From positions 1 through 56,393 of the IMG/VR virus record IMGVR_UViG_3300037755_000322: a stretch of DNA of 56,393 nt; one strand, 5' to 3'. The notes below the pieces were generated by a model that saw only the letters and a list, made by a program, of their open reading frames with translations, was not told the DNA's origin and made no database searches. A program made the position numbers and the translations under genes. The DNA is from a virus (taxonomy: Duplodnaviria > Caudoviricetes). The first letter of the stretch is position 1. Each line of letters starts with the position of its first letter. This document shows positions 36,878 to 46,199 of the stretch, one piece after another.

Positions 36878-39086
36878 GGAGCTTTACCTCGGCCGCGCCG
36901 CGGCGATCTTCCTCTTCCGGCCAGTCGAAGTCTTGGCCGACATAGCGCTCGAACGCCTCGCGGCAGGCATTGAGATCGGGCATGTTGGTGGCCGACGTCA
37001 TGCGGCCGTTCAGCTGCTTGACGGCCGGCGGATAGTCGTCGAGCAGCGGGTTGTCATAACTGTACTTAGCACGGCGAAACTTGACGCCGCAAAACTTTTC
37101 CAGGTGAAACGCCAGGTGTTGCGGCGTCGGAATCGAGCGCACGTTGCGGGCCTTCAAGTTCAGCGCCATCGACAGATGCAGCGCCGGCAAACTGACCGTT
37201 GCCGGCCAGTCGGCCTTTTCGGGCTTGGTCGCCCAGTTCAGGTAATCAGGTAAAACCAATCCTTCCTGCAGGGTGTCGTACCACCAACTTTCCATCGGCT
37301 GCAGGTTGATGGTCTTGAGCGTCAGCAACGATTCGTTTTTTACATTGAGGCGCGGCACCAGCGGATCGTATTTCATGTCGAGCAGCGCCTGATGCAGCGC
37401 CGCCGGCCCGTCGCCGCTCATTTCAGCCAGAACTCTTTGAATAAGTTCGGAGGAAGCTTTCCTGTCTCCCATATCAATAACCGTGTAACGCCGATCGCCG
37501 GGCTTTGCAGGCGCCGCGTAAATGTCGTTGCTAGTAAGGGCGAGGCGGAGATAATTGCGGACCTTCTGGGCGTCAATCCCCTTCGGCTCCACCATGTGCC
37601 ATGGATCGGTAATAAGTGAGCGTATAATGCCCGCATGCTTCTTGTCGCCGCCATAGAGCGCCTCCTCCGAATGCAATAACAAAGTCGCGCCCATATGCCG
37701 GTTAAAGCGCCCGACGATGTGCTCTTCCTTGGTAACGGTGACGTAGGCCGGTCCCAGAATGCGTCCGAAATATTCGAGCATCAAGGTCTTGCCGGCGCCC
37801 TCGACGCCGACGATCACCGGGGCGGTAAGCGACTTTTCGCGCGGCTCGCGCACGATGTTAGCGAACCAGTGACACATCCAGCGGAACAGGTTCTTGTCGC
37901 CGCCGCAGATGACGTCGCGCGTAAGTTCGATCCAGGCGTCGCAGCAACCTTCGTGTGGGTTCACCGCCCAGCCGGTCCACAGGTTCAGAAGGTCGGCGTC
38001 CTGAATGCCAGGCTGAAAGTCGACGGCACGGTAGGAACGCCGCCTGGGGCTCGCCAACCACAATTTACCCTTGGTCACCTGCTTGCCGTCGAGTTCGACG
38101 TAGTCGGTCGCCACGACGTTTAAGAAATCGTCCTTGGCATAAAATACCGGCGGTTCGCCGACCGGCTGGTCGGTATCCACGACCCTGAATTTACCGCCGA
38201 CCTGCACCACTGCCCAGCGCTCATTGTACTCGGTAAGCAGGTTTACGGTCTGGGAGCCTGCCCATTCAAGCAGCCGGTCGACCAGCTTGTCGTCGTTCAG
38301 TTCCTTGCGCAGCACGCCAGACCCCGACACCTTCTTGCCGGATTCGGCGCGCTTGTAGGTAGACCGCACGGTCGGAATGCGCGACTTGTCGAGGTCGTCG
38401 GTATAGTCGCAGACGGCCCTTATCATCTGTTCGGTTTCGTCGACCGTCCAGTCGAGGTAGAAGAAGGTGCCGGATAGGTGCTTGCACGGCGAATTGTGAT
38501 AGCCGGGCGTCCAGATGTGGCGCACGATCAGGGTGGCGATGGCGATCTTGCGCACGGCACGCAGGAGGTCGTCGGCATTAACCAGGGGGACGTCGGGAAA
38601 CGGGACGTCGGACCATTCAATGAGTTCGCCAGTAGATTCGTGTACCGACCCTGGCATACAAGTTTGATGACCATTGTCTCCCCTCATTTCTACAATACAT
38701 GATTCATCGGCCGGATCGTTAAAAGCTTTTTTTTCGAAGGAAAGCACATCTACCTTATATAAATAATGAGAACGTAATTTGGACTTCCTTCCAAACACCG
38801 CCGAAGTAGGAGGCAAAAAGACAGAAGCAAAATAAATCGCTTCTTCACAATCTAAATCTACATCAATTGGCCCACAATGAGCAGGACCAGTCACTAACCC
38901 AACCCCGTAGTTGTTCGCTTTCCAAAAATCATCAGAAGGGGGATCATAATCCTTTTCTACATATGCCCTAGAAATAGCGGCTTTTGATTGATAATGAAGC
39001 GCTACAGGCTTAAATCCTTGTTTACGTGCCCACGCAAGAGTTTGTAAAACAAACGGAGAATTTTTAATTATAGAGGGTTTGGTCAT
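36864..39086 (-). CDS. Primase-polymerase / SF3 helicase (Prim-Pol N-terminus, DUF5906-like ATPase)
   Basis: DVDLD, HYLY, PGSVH primase motifs; GVEGAGKT Walker A, EE Walker B, TSN, DRRY. Confidence 0.88.
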   Translation of the reverse strand: MTKPSIIKNSPFVLQTLAWARKQGFKPVALHYQSKAAISRAYVEKDYDPPSDDFWKANNYGVGLVTGPAHCGPIDVDLDCEEAIYFASVFLPPTSAVFGRKSKLRSHYLYKVDVLSFEKKAFNDPADESCIVEMRGDNGHQTCMPGSVHESTGELIEWSDVPFPDVPLVNADDLLRAVRKIAIATLIVRHIWTPGYHNSPCKHLSGTFFYLDWTVDETEQMIRAVCDYTDDLDKSRIPTVRSTYKRAESGKKVSGSGVLRKELNDDKLVDRLLEWAGSQTVNLLTEYNERWAVVQVGGKFRVVDTDQPVGEPPVFYAKDDFLNVVATDYVELDGKQVTKGKLWLASPRRRSYRAVDFQPGIQDADLLNLWTGWAVNPHEGCCDAWIELTRDVICGGDKNLFRWMCHWFANIVREPREKSLTAPVIVGVEGAGKTLMLEYFGRILGPAYVTVTKEEHIVGRFNRHMGATLLLHSEEALYGGDKKHAGIIRSLITDPWHMVEPKGIDAQKVRNYLRLALTSNDIYAAPAKPGDRRYTVIDMGDRKASSELIQRVLAEMSGDGPAALHQALLDMKYDPLVPRLNVKNESLLTLKTINLQPMESWWYDTLQEGLVLPDYLNWATKPEKADWPATVSLPALHLSMALNLKARNVRSIPTPQHLAFHLEKFCGVKFRRAKYSYDNPLLDDYPPAVKQLNGRMTSATNMPDLNACREAFERYVGQDFDWPEEEDRRGAAEVKLHDRF

Positions 39087-39649
39087 CGCTTTTTTCCTTT
39101 ATGAGGGCAATAACCAAAATGACCGTGAGCATGATTGCAATTATGACACAATAAATTACTCGTAAAATAGTTCGGGTCTACAACTTAGTTTCCAATCGCG
39201 GTGTCTATCGTGTGGGTTTGCTTCATGAAACAATAACCGATGACTGCAAAGTTCCTTTAACTTCGTAACTTCCACCGTGCTGCAAATTTCAAATTTGTCG
39301 ACTAAAACAATAGAGGTGCACGCGTAGAGAACGAAAACTACAGTCGGGACTAACATCAATCTCTCCTACCGGGCTTCTGAATGACCAACAACCCTAACCC
39401 GGCGTCGGCGCCGGGTCAAGGCAGAACCGTCCTGGATGCGTTCGTCTCATCGACATGCGCGACTGTCAGGCTAGAGCCATTTTCAATAATCCGTCCGCGA
39501 AATGTGCCTACGATACCGAACAAGCGACGTGACCATGAACATCGCACCCATTGCGACAAGACCATATTGAGATAGAGCCGCGCCAACGCCAACGGCTAAG
39601 CCGCTCATCCACAGTAGCATTCCAAATGCGCCGATCTTTCCCATGTGTA

Positions 39650-39889
39650 TTAACCGTTCTTGACCGAACTCAGCGTTACCCATTTGGGGTTTTCGATAAA
39701 GGCAGCATAGACCTTTCCGCCATGTCCATGCACTTCGATCAGCGGGCCATCTTCCAAATCGCCAATCTCAATCAGGTGCATGATTAGATCATCGACGTGG
39801 CCCAAGCCATCCGCCAGTAGATCGCATATCTCCTTGCTAACCCTCTCATCATGTTCAGGGTGAGGGGTGCCTTCCCAAATTATCTCCAT
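39650..39889 (-). CDS. Hypothetical protein
   Basis: TAAGGAG RBS. Confidence 0.55.
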   Translation of the reverse strand: MEIIWEGTPHPEHDERVSKEICDLLADGLGHVDDLIMHLIEIGDLEDGPLIEVHGHGGKVYAAFIENPKWVTLSSVKNG

Positions 39890-39922
39890 CGTCGGCTCCT
39901 TAATGCATGATGTCCGATTGCG

Positions 39923-40474
39923 TCAGGTCGTGCTGGCGAAGTCGCAGGTGGCGGCGCCGGTAGTGATCCCGGCGTCCAAGCAGGCACACGGGTCGTGCGG
40001 GCAGTCTTTAGTTCGGTGATAAAGCGCGCTGGCCGCTTCTCGCTTCGCGTCATATTTGGCCTGATCTTCAGGATAGAGCTTGAAAAGGATCGGCGGCTTG
40101 GAAGAAGGGTAGGCGTCGTTCTCGTCGTAGGAGGTCCATGTGCAATTCGGCCACTCGCCGTGGCAGTCGCAGTCGAATATCCCAGTTGATCCCAGTTCGA
40201 CGATCCGAAACCGCGTGCCGTCTCTGGGCGAGTACATACCCTCGCGCCAACCAAGTTCTTTGAGGCGCTGATGGGCGCTCCACAGGGCCTCTATCGCCGC
40301 CTTTTCGTCTGGCATATCGGCTGCTCGCTTCGCCTCGGCGGCCTTGGCCGACTCCCACAATGCTTCGCCTTCGGCGCGCGTCAGCGGCTCATGGCGCATA
40401 ATCGGCAATCCGTGCTGGTCGCGCTCTCCGGTATCGAACGTTTTGTGGCCTACGATGTCGTTCGGGTCGCTCAT
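39923..40474 (-). CDS. Conserved hypothetical phage protein
   Basis: ATGA coupling; plausible composition (RLKELGWRE, ELGSTGI). Confidence 0.7.
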   Translation of the reverse strand: MSDPNDIVGHKTFDTGERDQHGLPIMRHEPLTRAEGEALWESAKAAEAKRAADMPDEKAAIEALWSAHQRLKELGWREGMYSPRDGTRFRIVELGSTGIFDCDCHGEWPNCTWTSYDENDAYPSSKPPILFKLYPEDQAKYDAKREAASALYHRTKDCPHDPCACLDAGITTGAATCDFASTT

Positions 40475-41411
40475 TTCATCCTCGTTAATTGGCAGTCACT
40501 GATCGTCGCGCATGGCGTTGGGGTTTGCGTGGTCCGGGCCAAAGCGCGTGACCTGTTCGACCTGATCCTTCGGCAGAATGTCGGTACCTTCGCCGCCGTC
40601 AAGATTTTGTGCGGCCCCGCCAAGTCTCGCGACAACGAAATAACTTTCGTGAATCTGGCGAACGATAACGGCTTCATGGCCGCCGAAGTGTCGCGTAGTT
40701 AACCGGCTTCCCTCGGTGATCTCTGATGCCCCCGCTTCCCCCGTAGAGGATTTACTGATGCCTCGCACTGAGGACACCCGATCGTGACCGGCTTGCGCAG
40801 CGAGCCTTAAGCCATCGCTGTCAACCGATGGTGGTATCGCTTCCCCCGCAGGTTGCTGGCGGGAGAGAAGCGACGCCGCATATTCCAAATCAACAGGGAA
40901 AAATTCGGCATCAGGATCGGACGGAAAGCGATGTTCGACAGGGCCGCATCGATAAGTCATCGCCCATTTACGAAGCGTGTCAGCGACGCGCTGCGCCTCA
41001 CTCACCCCCGGTTCATTGGCGAGGGCGGCGAGAGCTTCGCCAGCAATGTCGGTACAAACTTCAACAGCATCAGAAAGGGACTGCAAATCCTCAGGTGCCG
41101 GCCCATTCTGGCGCAACCACTGACCTTGCTCCACAATTAATTCCAACGCTTCCCTAACTTTGTCCGTCACGGCTGCCTCCTTTGTTGACGCGTCATTAAG
41201 GCGAAAGGTGCGTTTCGTACGGCTGGCCGTCCATGTGCGAAAACCAGCAAGCCTCAAGGTCGCATTCTTCGCCTGGGTCGAGCAGGCCATCACAACACCA
41301 AAGGCCGTTGCCCTGATGGCGCAGCCGTCCACCGCCACAATTGAAGTGCGGGCAGTCTATTGGAACGAAGCGTCCCTTATTGTCGCGCGGTGTTGTCATC
41401 CCATACCCCTC

Positions 41412-41699
41412 TTATCGGTGCAGATCGACGGTGACTTTGACCTTCACCACGCGGGGCACTTCCCACCCGTGCGGCTCAGTCTTCAGGTCAGATCGTTTAG
41501 CGATGTAGCCGAATTCGGTCTTGAGATAATCCCTGGCATCCTTGCGTGATGCGAATACCATGATCTTGTACCCGCTGATGGCCGGGTGGCCGTCAATGCG
41601 CGCACGGCCACAAAGATGTTCGGTGCGACCGTCAAGGAGGTTCTTGGAATGCCACTGGATTCCCCAGCCGGTCGTGGCACTCTTGTTTCTAATGCTCAT
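41412..41699 (-). CDS. Hypothetical protein
   Basis: ORF in a run of leftward small genes. Confidence 0.6.
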   Translation of the reverse strand: MSIRNKSATTGWGIQWHSKNLLDGRTEHLCGRARIDGHPAISGYKIMVFASRKDARDYLKTEFGYIAKRSDLKTEPHGWEVPRVVKVKVTVDLHR

Positions 41700-41716
41700 G
41701 TTTGGTCACCACCCCA

Positions 41717-41947
41717 CTACGCTAATGGCTCTGGCAACGGCTGCCAGAATTGGAAGTAGCTGGAATTAAAATAGAGAGATGGATCGGCATTCCTGTTTCC
41801 GACATCATCCCAACTATCGTCTTCTTCGCCGATGCCCGGCTGCCACCCAACTACGGCACGCTCCCCGTGGGCGATATTGAGCACAAGGATCATTGATCCG
41901 TCTCGCGGTGCTGTCTCGATTGGTTGCCATCCATTTTTCAATTCCAT
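41717..41947 (-). CDS. DUF551-like protein
   Basis: WQPIETAPRDG...WQPLPEP. Confidence 0.75.
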   Translation of the reverse strand: MELKNGWQPIETAPRDGSMILVLNIAHGERAVVGWQPGIGEEDDSWDDVGNRNADPSLYFNSSYFQFWQPLPEPLA

Positions 41948-42379
41948 GTTCCTTTGCCTCTCCTATGCACGCCGGTTCATGACATCGACCAGAAGATCGG
42001 CAATAGTCCCCAAGACGGCCCACGCCCCGACGACAATCAAAGCCCCGGGCCATCCGCCCAGCAGGGCTGCGCCGATGATAGCGGCGGTAAGTCCACCGAA
42101 GTGCCAAGCCAACTTCAAATAGACTTTCATTTCACGTCTCCATACGGCCCATTAACACGAATTAGATCGTTTCCAGATTCACCCGCCGCACCCTAACGCC
42201 GTCACGCTTCGCATCATTCCAAGTTGGCCGTTGTCCGTTCCTGTAAGGCCAGTTTTCGAGAATGTTTTTACGGACCTGATTGGCTTGGCCGGCAACAGAC
42301 CAGATCATCATGTGTGGAGGTTTGGTCAGGATATTGACCGCAACAAACCCTGTCTCCTTGATCGTCATTGCAATTCTCC

Positions 42380-42862
42380 TTAACCGTTCTTGTCTGTACT
42401 TACGGCAGCGCCGAGCATGGCCGCCCAAACGTCACCAACCACCTTATCGTGGTGGACGTTCACTTTTGTAACGCAAGCGTCTGCGCCAGCCGCCCACATT
42501 TCCCGCGTTGGTTCGCGCATGGCTTCAATAGCGGCGCGCGCCTTACGTTCGCACTCACCCTTGATCGTGAAGCCGCCATGCTCACGCAGGCAATCTACCA
42601 AGGCGTCACACAGGGCGTTGACGGTCAATTCCTGCTGACGGATGTAAGCCGACATCAATAGATCGTCGTCATAGTCAGGCCGTGCTGGGATGCCGATGCG
42701 AGCGTGCGGTTCTTGGCGGAAGTGGGAATTGACCAACCGACCCATGACCTCGCGCGCCTCGGCGTGGCTGACGTGTCGCTTCGTCAAAATGCTTTCGCCA
42801 AAGTGCGGGCCGGCGGCGATCTGGTCAAAGGCATTGCCGGGTTTAATTTCTTCGGTCTGCAT
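42380..42862 (-). CDS. Hypothetical phage protein (ARAAIEAMREPT family)
   Basis: Recognisable motif; GAGGTG RBS. Confidence 0.7.
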   Translation of the reverse strand: MQTEEIKPGNAFDQIAAGPHFGESILTKRHVSHAEAREVMGRLVNSHFRQEPHARIGIPARPDYDDDLLMSAYIRQQELTVNALCDALVDCLREHGGFTIKGECERKARAAIEAMREPTREMWAAGADACVTKVNVHHDKVVGDVWAAMLGAAVSTDKNG

Positions 42863-43470
42863 GATTGGTCACCTCTCCTTAAGAAGCCAGGGCCAAGCGG
42901 CCCGCGTCTGTGATGCGCTGGTCGGCGTCGATCAAGCCTTTGCGAGCCAGAGCCGTAATGACGCGCTCGCGGTTTAACCAACCGAGCGCGGGCCCGGCGC
43001 GGTCGTAATATTCGGCGTAGTCAGGCGCGTCCAAGTCGGCGGCATAAAACTTAAGGGCTTCGCGTTGTGCTTTGGTCAGCATGGTGTTCTCCATCACGGT
43101 CTTGATCGACCGTGGAAGCATTCTATCAAATTGACTTTTTCGATTTTCGATTTTGGCGCATGTCGCGTTCAAGTAAGCCGCGTCGTTGTTGAACATAAAT
43201 TCTGAAACTCGAAAACTTGACACGATGAAACAAGGAACAGTCGCGTTCCACCGCCCGTGCGGCGGCAAATGCGGATAAGGTACTGCTACGCTTGCGGACG
43301 GCTCCGAACTTCAACATTTCGTCCTCCTATATCTTGTGCCCGGCGCCGCGCCGTGCTTGGCTCGGAACCGGTTGCCGCATGTGCAGCCGGCCCCTGCTTG
43401 GGAACCGGAGCCCCGGCGAACCACCGACGAGCGGACCACGGCACGCGACCAAGGTCAAGCAGAAACCTCG

Positions 43471-43763
43471 TCGAGCCCCGTCCGACGGGCATCCGTCCTA
43501 CTTGTCCGGATGCCCCTTGTACGAGTTGGCTAAGCTTAAGGCCCGTCGGACGGGCATCTGTCCTACCTGTAGTACTTGTCACACTTTCTCGCGCGTACGC
43601 GTAAGATATGTCCGGGCCATCCCTTTTTTCTTTTTTTCTAAAGAAGAAGAAAAAAAGTAGGACAAGTAGGACAAGTAGGACGGAGGCCCGAAGGACGGGG
43701 CTCGAACTTAGCCCACCTGTAGGAATTCATGTGGACAAGTAGGACAGAGGCCCGTCGGACGGG
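43471..43763. repeat. Four ~30-37 bp iteron-like units in inverted arrangement around an A/T tract (candidate origin)
   Basis: 43471-43507 is the reverse complement of 43669-43705 with 3 mismatches; further copies at 43541-43570 and 43733-43763; GTAGGACAA tandem at 43657-43680. Confidence 0.85.
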
Positions 43764-44046
43764 TATCGAGAAATATATTTAATCTGTAAGTGTTCAGCGG
43801 CTGAACGTGGTGGTATTCGAGTGTAGGAAAGAGAGAAAGGGCCTTGACGGGGGACGCGGCGCGTGGTGACGTACCGGCGTTCAGGAACGCCTTCACCCGG
43901 CGTGCCGCGGCATGGAAAATTCGTAGAGACTAACCAGTTCCGCGCGTGCGCGTGTTGTTAAGGACGCTTGACATGCTTGATTTGTCGCGCCGATCGTTTA
44001 TTGCTGGGGTCGATAGAACATCCTCGGGGCCGGTAGGCCGGACCAT

Positions 44047-44568
44047 ATGAGTACGTTCTTCGTCGTTCACACTCAGCCAAATTGCGAACAGCGCGCTCAT
44101 GATCACTTGTCATCGCAGCAGTGTGACGTCTACTATCCCCGCATTCAGGTCGACGTTCGTCATGCAAGACGCACCGTGCGCTCATGCCGCCCGTTTCTTC
44201 CCCGCTATATGTTTGTGGCCGACGACGGGCGCGGCGTGTCGTTCATCAAGCGGTCATATGGCGTGAACGACGTGGTGCGCCAGGGCCTGGAGCCGGCTCG
44301 CGTGGCGCAACGTGTCGTCAACCGCATTCTGGCGCGTGAGGACGACGACGGCTTCGTTCAGCTGGACGATATTCTGACTGACAACGCGTTGCGGCGCGGC
44401 TTTCGTTGTGGCGACGCGGTGCGCGTCAACGAGGTCCAGTTCGGTACGCCGATCGACGCGATTTTTCGCCGGATGCGTGGCGAGACGCGGGCGCTGGTAT
44501 TTTTGTGCATGCTCGGCCGGCAGATTGCCAGCGAAGTACCGGTGCGGCTGTTGGAGCGCGCGGCATGA
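44047..44568 (+). CDS. NusG/RfaH-like transcription antitermination factor
   Basis: FVVHTQPNCE.RA, PFLPRYMFV, GV..VV NGN domain; KOW-like GDAVRV and MLGRQ; first gene of the late arm. Confidence 0.85.
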   Translation: MSTFFVVHTQPNCEQRAHDHLSSQQCDVYYPRIQVDVRHARRTVRSCRPFLPRYMFVADDGRGVSFIKRSYGVNDVVRQGLEPARVAQRVVNRILAREDDDGFVQLDDILTDNALRRGFRCGDAVRVNEVQFGTPIDAIFRRMRGETRALVFLCMLGRQIASEVPVRLLERAA

Positions 44569-45005
44569 TTGAAGCGTCACGACGTTCGTTCATCGGGGGC
44601 GCGCTGGCGTTGTGCGCGGCGCCTGCCGTGGTGCGAGCGTCGTCGTTGATGCCAGTGCGAAGTTTGGTTGTTTCGCCTTCGGCTAGTAACTCGTTGTTGA
44701 CGATAGATATGATTACGCAGGAAGCCATTAGGTTGTTTAGAAGTTCAAATGCCTTCTTGGCGCATATGGATCGTCGGCGGGACGATATGTTTGAGGGACA
44801 ACCAGCTGACGGAGTAGCTGGATTGCTTGCAGCGGGTGTAGTAGCTACAAAAGTTGAAAGCACGCGGCGCAATTTACCGGCGCTGATTGGTGGGTTGGCT
44901 GCGACGACGAAACAATCAGCGCCCCCTATTTCTGTCAGGTCAATTTGTCGTATTCGGCTTCCGAACGATTACGCCGTGCGCAACACTCACAGGCTGGTAA
45001 CATGA
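44565..45005 (+). CDS. Tat-signal protein containing a diverged copy of the coat protein N-terminus
   Basis: SRRSFIGG..AAPAVVRA signal; NSLLTIDMITQEAIRLF..SNAF and RIRLPNDYAVR match coat NNLLTISMITREAIELF..SNMF and RIRLPNDYTVR; ATGA couplings at both ends. Confidence 0.8.
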   Translation: MIEASRRSFIGGALALCAAPAVVRASSLMPVRSLVVSPSASNSLLTIDMITQEAIRLFRSSNAFLAHMDRRRDDMFEGQPADGVAGLLAAGVVATKVESTRRNLPALIGGLAATTKQSAPPISVRSICRIRLPNDYAVRNTHRLVT

Positions 45006-45577
45006 CCGGCCCTGCTGACAAGCCCCGGTGCAAGAAGTTGAAGCCACCCGACGGGCCGGATTATGAGGCGCAGCGCCGGCGTTATGACGCCTATCGCGCG
45101 TCGTTACCACCCAACGTCTCGGCCAGTGATACTGATAACCCGGCCATTAAATATGGTGCCAAGAAGACCGAAGCCACGATTGCTATGGTCATAAGCTGGC
45201 TTGAAAAGGGTTACAGCAAAGGTTTCGCTTGTGACAAGGCCGGCATTTCGGTGGTGTCGTGGGACAAGTGGAAATCGGATGACGAAGTCATCAGAGAACG
45301 CGCTCATGCCGCGGTCGAGCGCGGTACTGATTTGATCGAGGACGAGGCTCGTCGTCGCGCCGTCGAGGGCACTGACAAGCCGGTGTTTCAACAGGGCGAG
45401 TGCGTCGGGTTTATTCGTGAATATAGCGACACGTTGATGCAAATGGTGCTCGGCGGCCGGCGCTCGGCTTATCGCAAAACCAGCGTTGAAATGTCCGGGC
45501 CGAACGGTGGCGCCATTCCGCACAAGGTCGAAGTAGAATTCGTCAGTCCAAAAGCCAGCGGCGAGAAACAACGATGA
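45002..45577 (+). CDS. Terminase small subunit
   Basis: HTH (ACDKAGIS...W), EDEARRRAVEG.DKPVF, YSDTL, SGPNGGAI. Confidence 0.85.
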   Translation: MTGPADKPRCKKLKPPDGPDYEAQRRRYDAYRASLPPNVSASDTDNPAIKYGAKKTEATIAMVISWLEKGYSKGFACDKAGISVVSWDKWKSDDEVIRERAHAAVERGTDLIEDEARRRAVEGTDKPVFQQGECVGFIREYSDTLMQMVLGGRRSAYRKTSVEMSGPNGGAIPHKVEVEFVSPKASGEKQR

Positions 45578-45879
45578 TTCACGGCGTGCTCAGTTTAGGG
45601 TCCGTTGCGATAATCGGAGTGCTGACGTTGGCAGCCGGTAAACCGCCGCCCGGCGTCAATCCTCCCTGCAACGCGTCCCACCCCAATCAGCGCACTATCA
45701 TTGATTATACGAGCGGGCCGATGTGCGACGTCGGCGTGTGCGATCCGGTGCTGCGGTGCGGAAGTTCTGTTGAACCGTGTCTATTAATTCCGGCTCCTTC
45801 CTGTATTCAATGTAATCCACGCTCCGCGGTGGCGCGTTGTCTTACTAACGGCGAATTGAACCAGGCCGGGGGAAAATAG
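45574..45879 (+). CDS. Small exported Cys-rich protein (8 Cys)
   Basis: Hydrophobic N-terminus ending TLAA; ATGA coupling. Confidence 0.6.
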   Translation: MIHGVLSLGSVAIIGVLTLAAGKPPPGVNPPCNASHPNQRTIIDYTSGPMCDVGVCDPVLRCGSSVEPCLLIPAPSCIQCNPRSAVARCLTNGELNQAGGK

Positions 45880-46025
45880 AGTGTTCGATTTTTGTCGCCG
45901 CGTCTATAATGATCCGTTTTATTCGTTCTGCGCGTGGATGACGGTTGTCATAGCCGTCGTCACTTGGGGATTTAGCGACACGTGGGGCGGTCATTCTCAA
46001 CTGAAGTCGCCGCAGGAGGTTCGCC

Positions 46026-46199
46026 GTGCACCATAAATATGAAGGGTCGAAGATCGACGAACGGCGCGACCGTCGCGAGGCCAAGAAGCGTGGTATGACG
46101 ACGAAGCAATGGGAGCACAGCGCGGCCGACCGCAAGATGGACCGCGAGGGTCAGCGCAAGCTAGATCAGGCGGCGAAGCACAAGAAACGGCGCCGATGA
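46026..46199 (+). CDS. Small highly charged protein (57 aa)
   Basis: AGGAGG RBS, GTG start; YEGSKIDERRDRREAKKRGM; ATGA coupling to the next gene. Confidence 0.75.
   Translation: MHHKYEGSKIDERRDRREAKKRGMTTKQWEHSAADRKMDREGQRKLDQAAKHKKRRR

Noticed and set aside
43471-43763. Possible mini-CRISPR array or transposon ends
   Set aside because: Units occur in both orientations with irregular spacing, and there is no transposase or evident target duplication.
44026-44040. ops-like element (GGCCGGTAG) upstream of the NusG paralog
   Set aside because: Only a partial match to GGCGGTAGnnTG, likely by chance in GC-rich sequence.
44565-45005. Coat-like fragment as a diversity-generating retroelement template repeat
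   Set aside because: No reverse transcriptase was found, and the differences from the coat gene are not adenine-specific.
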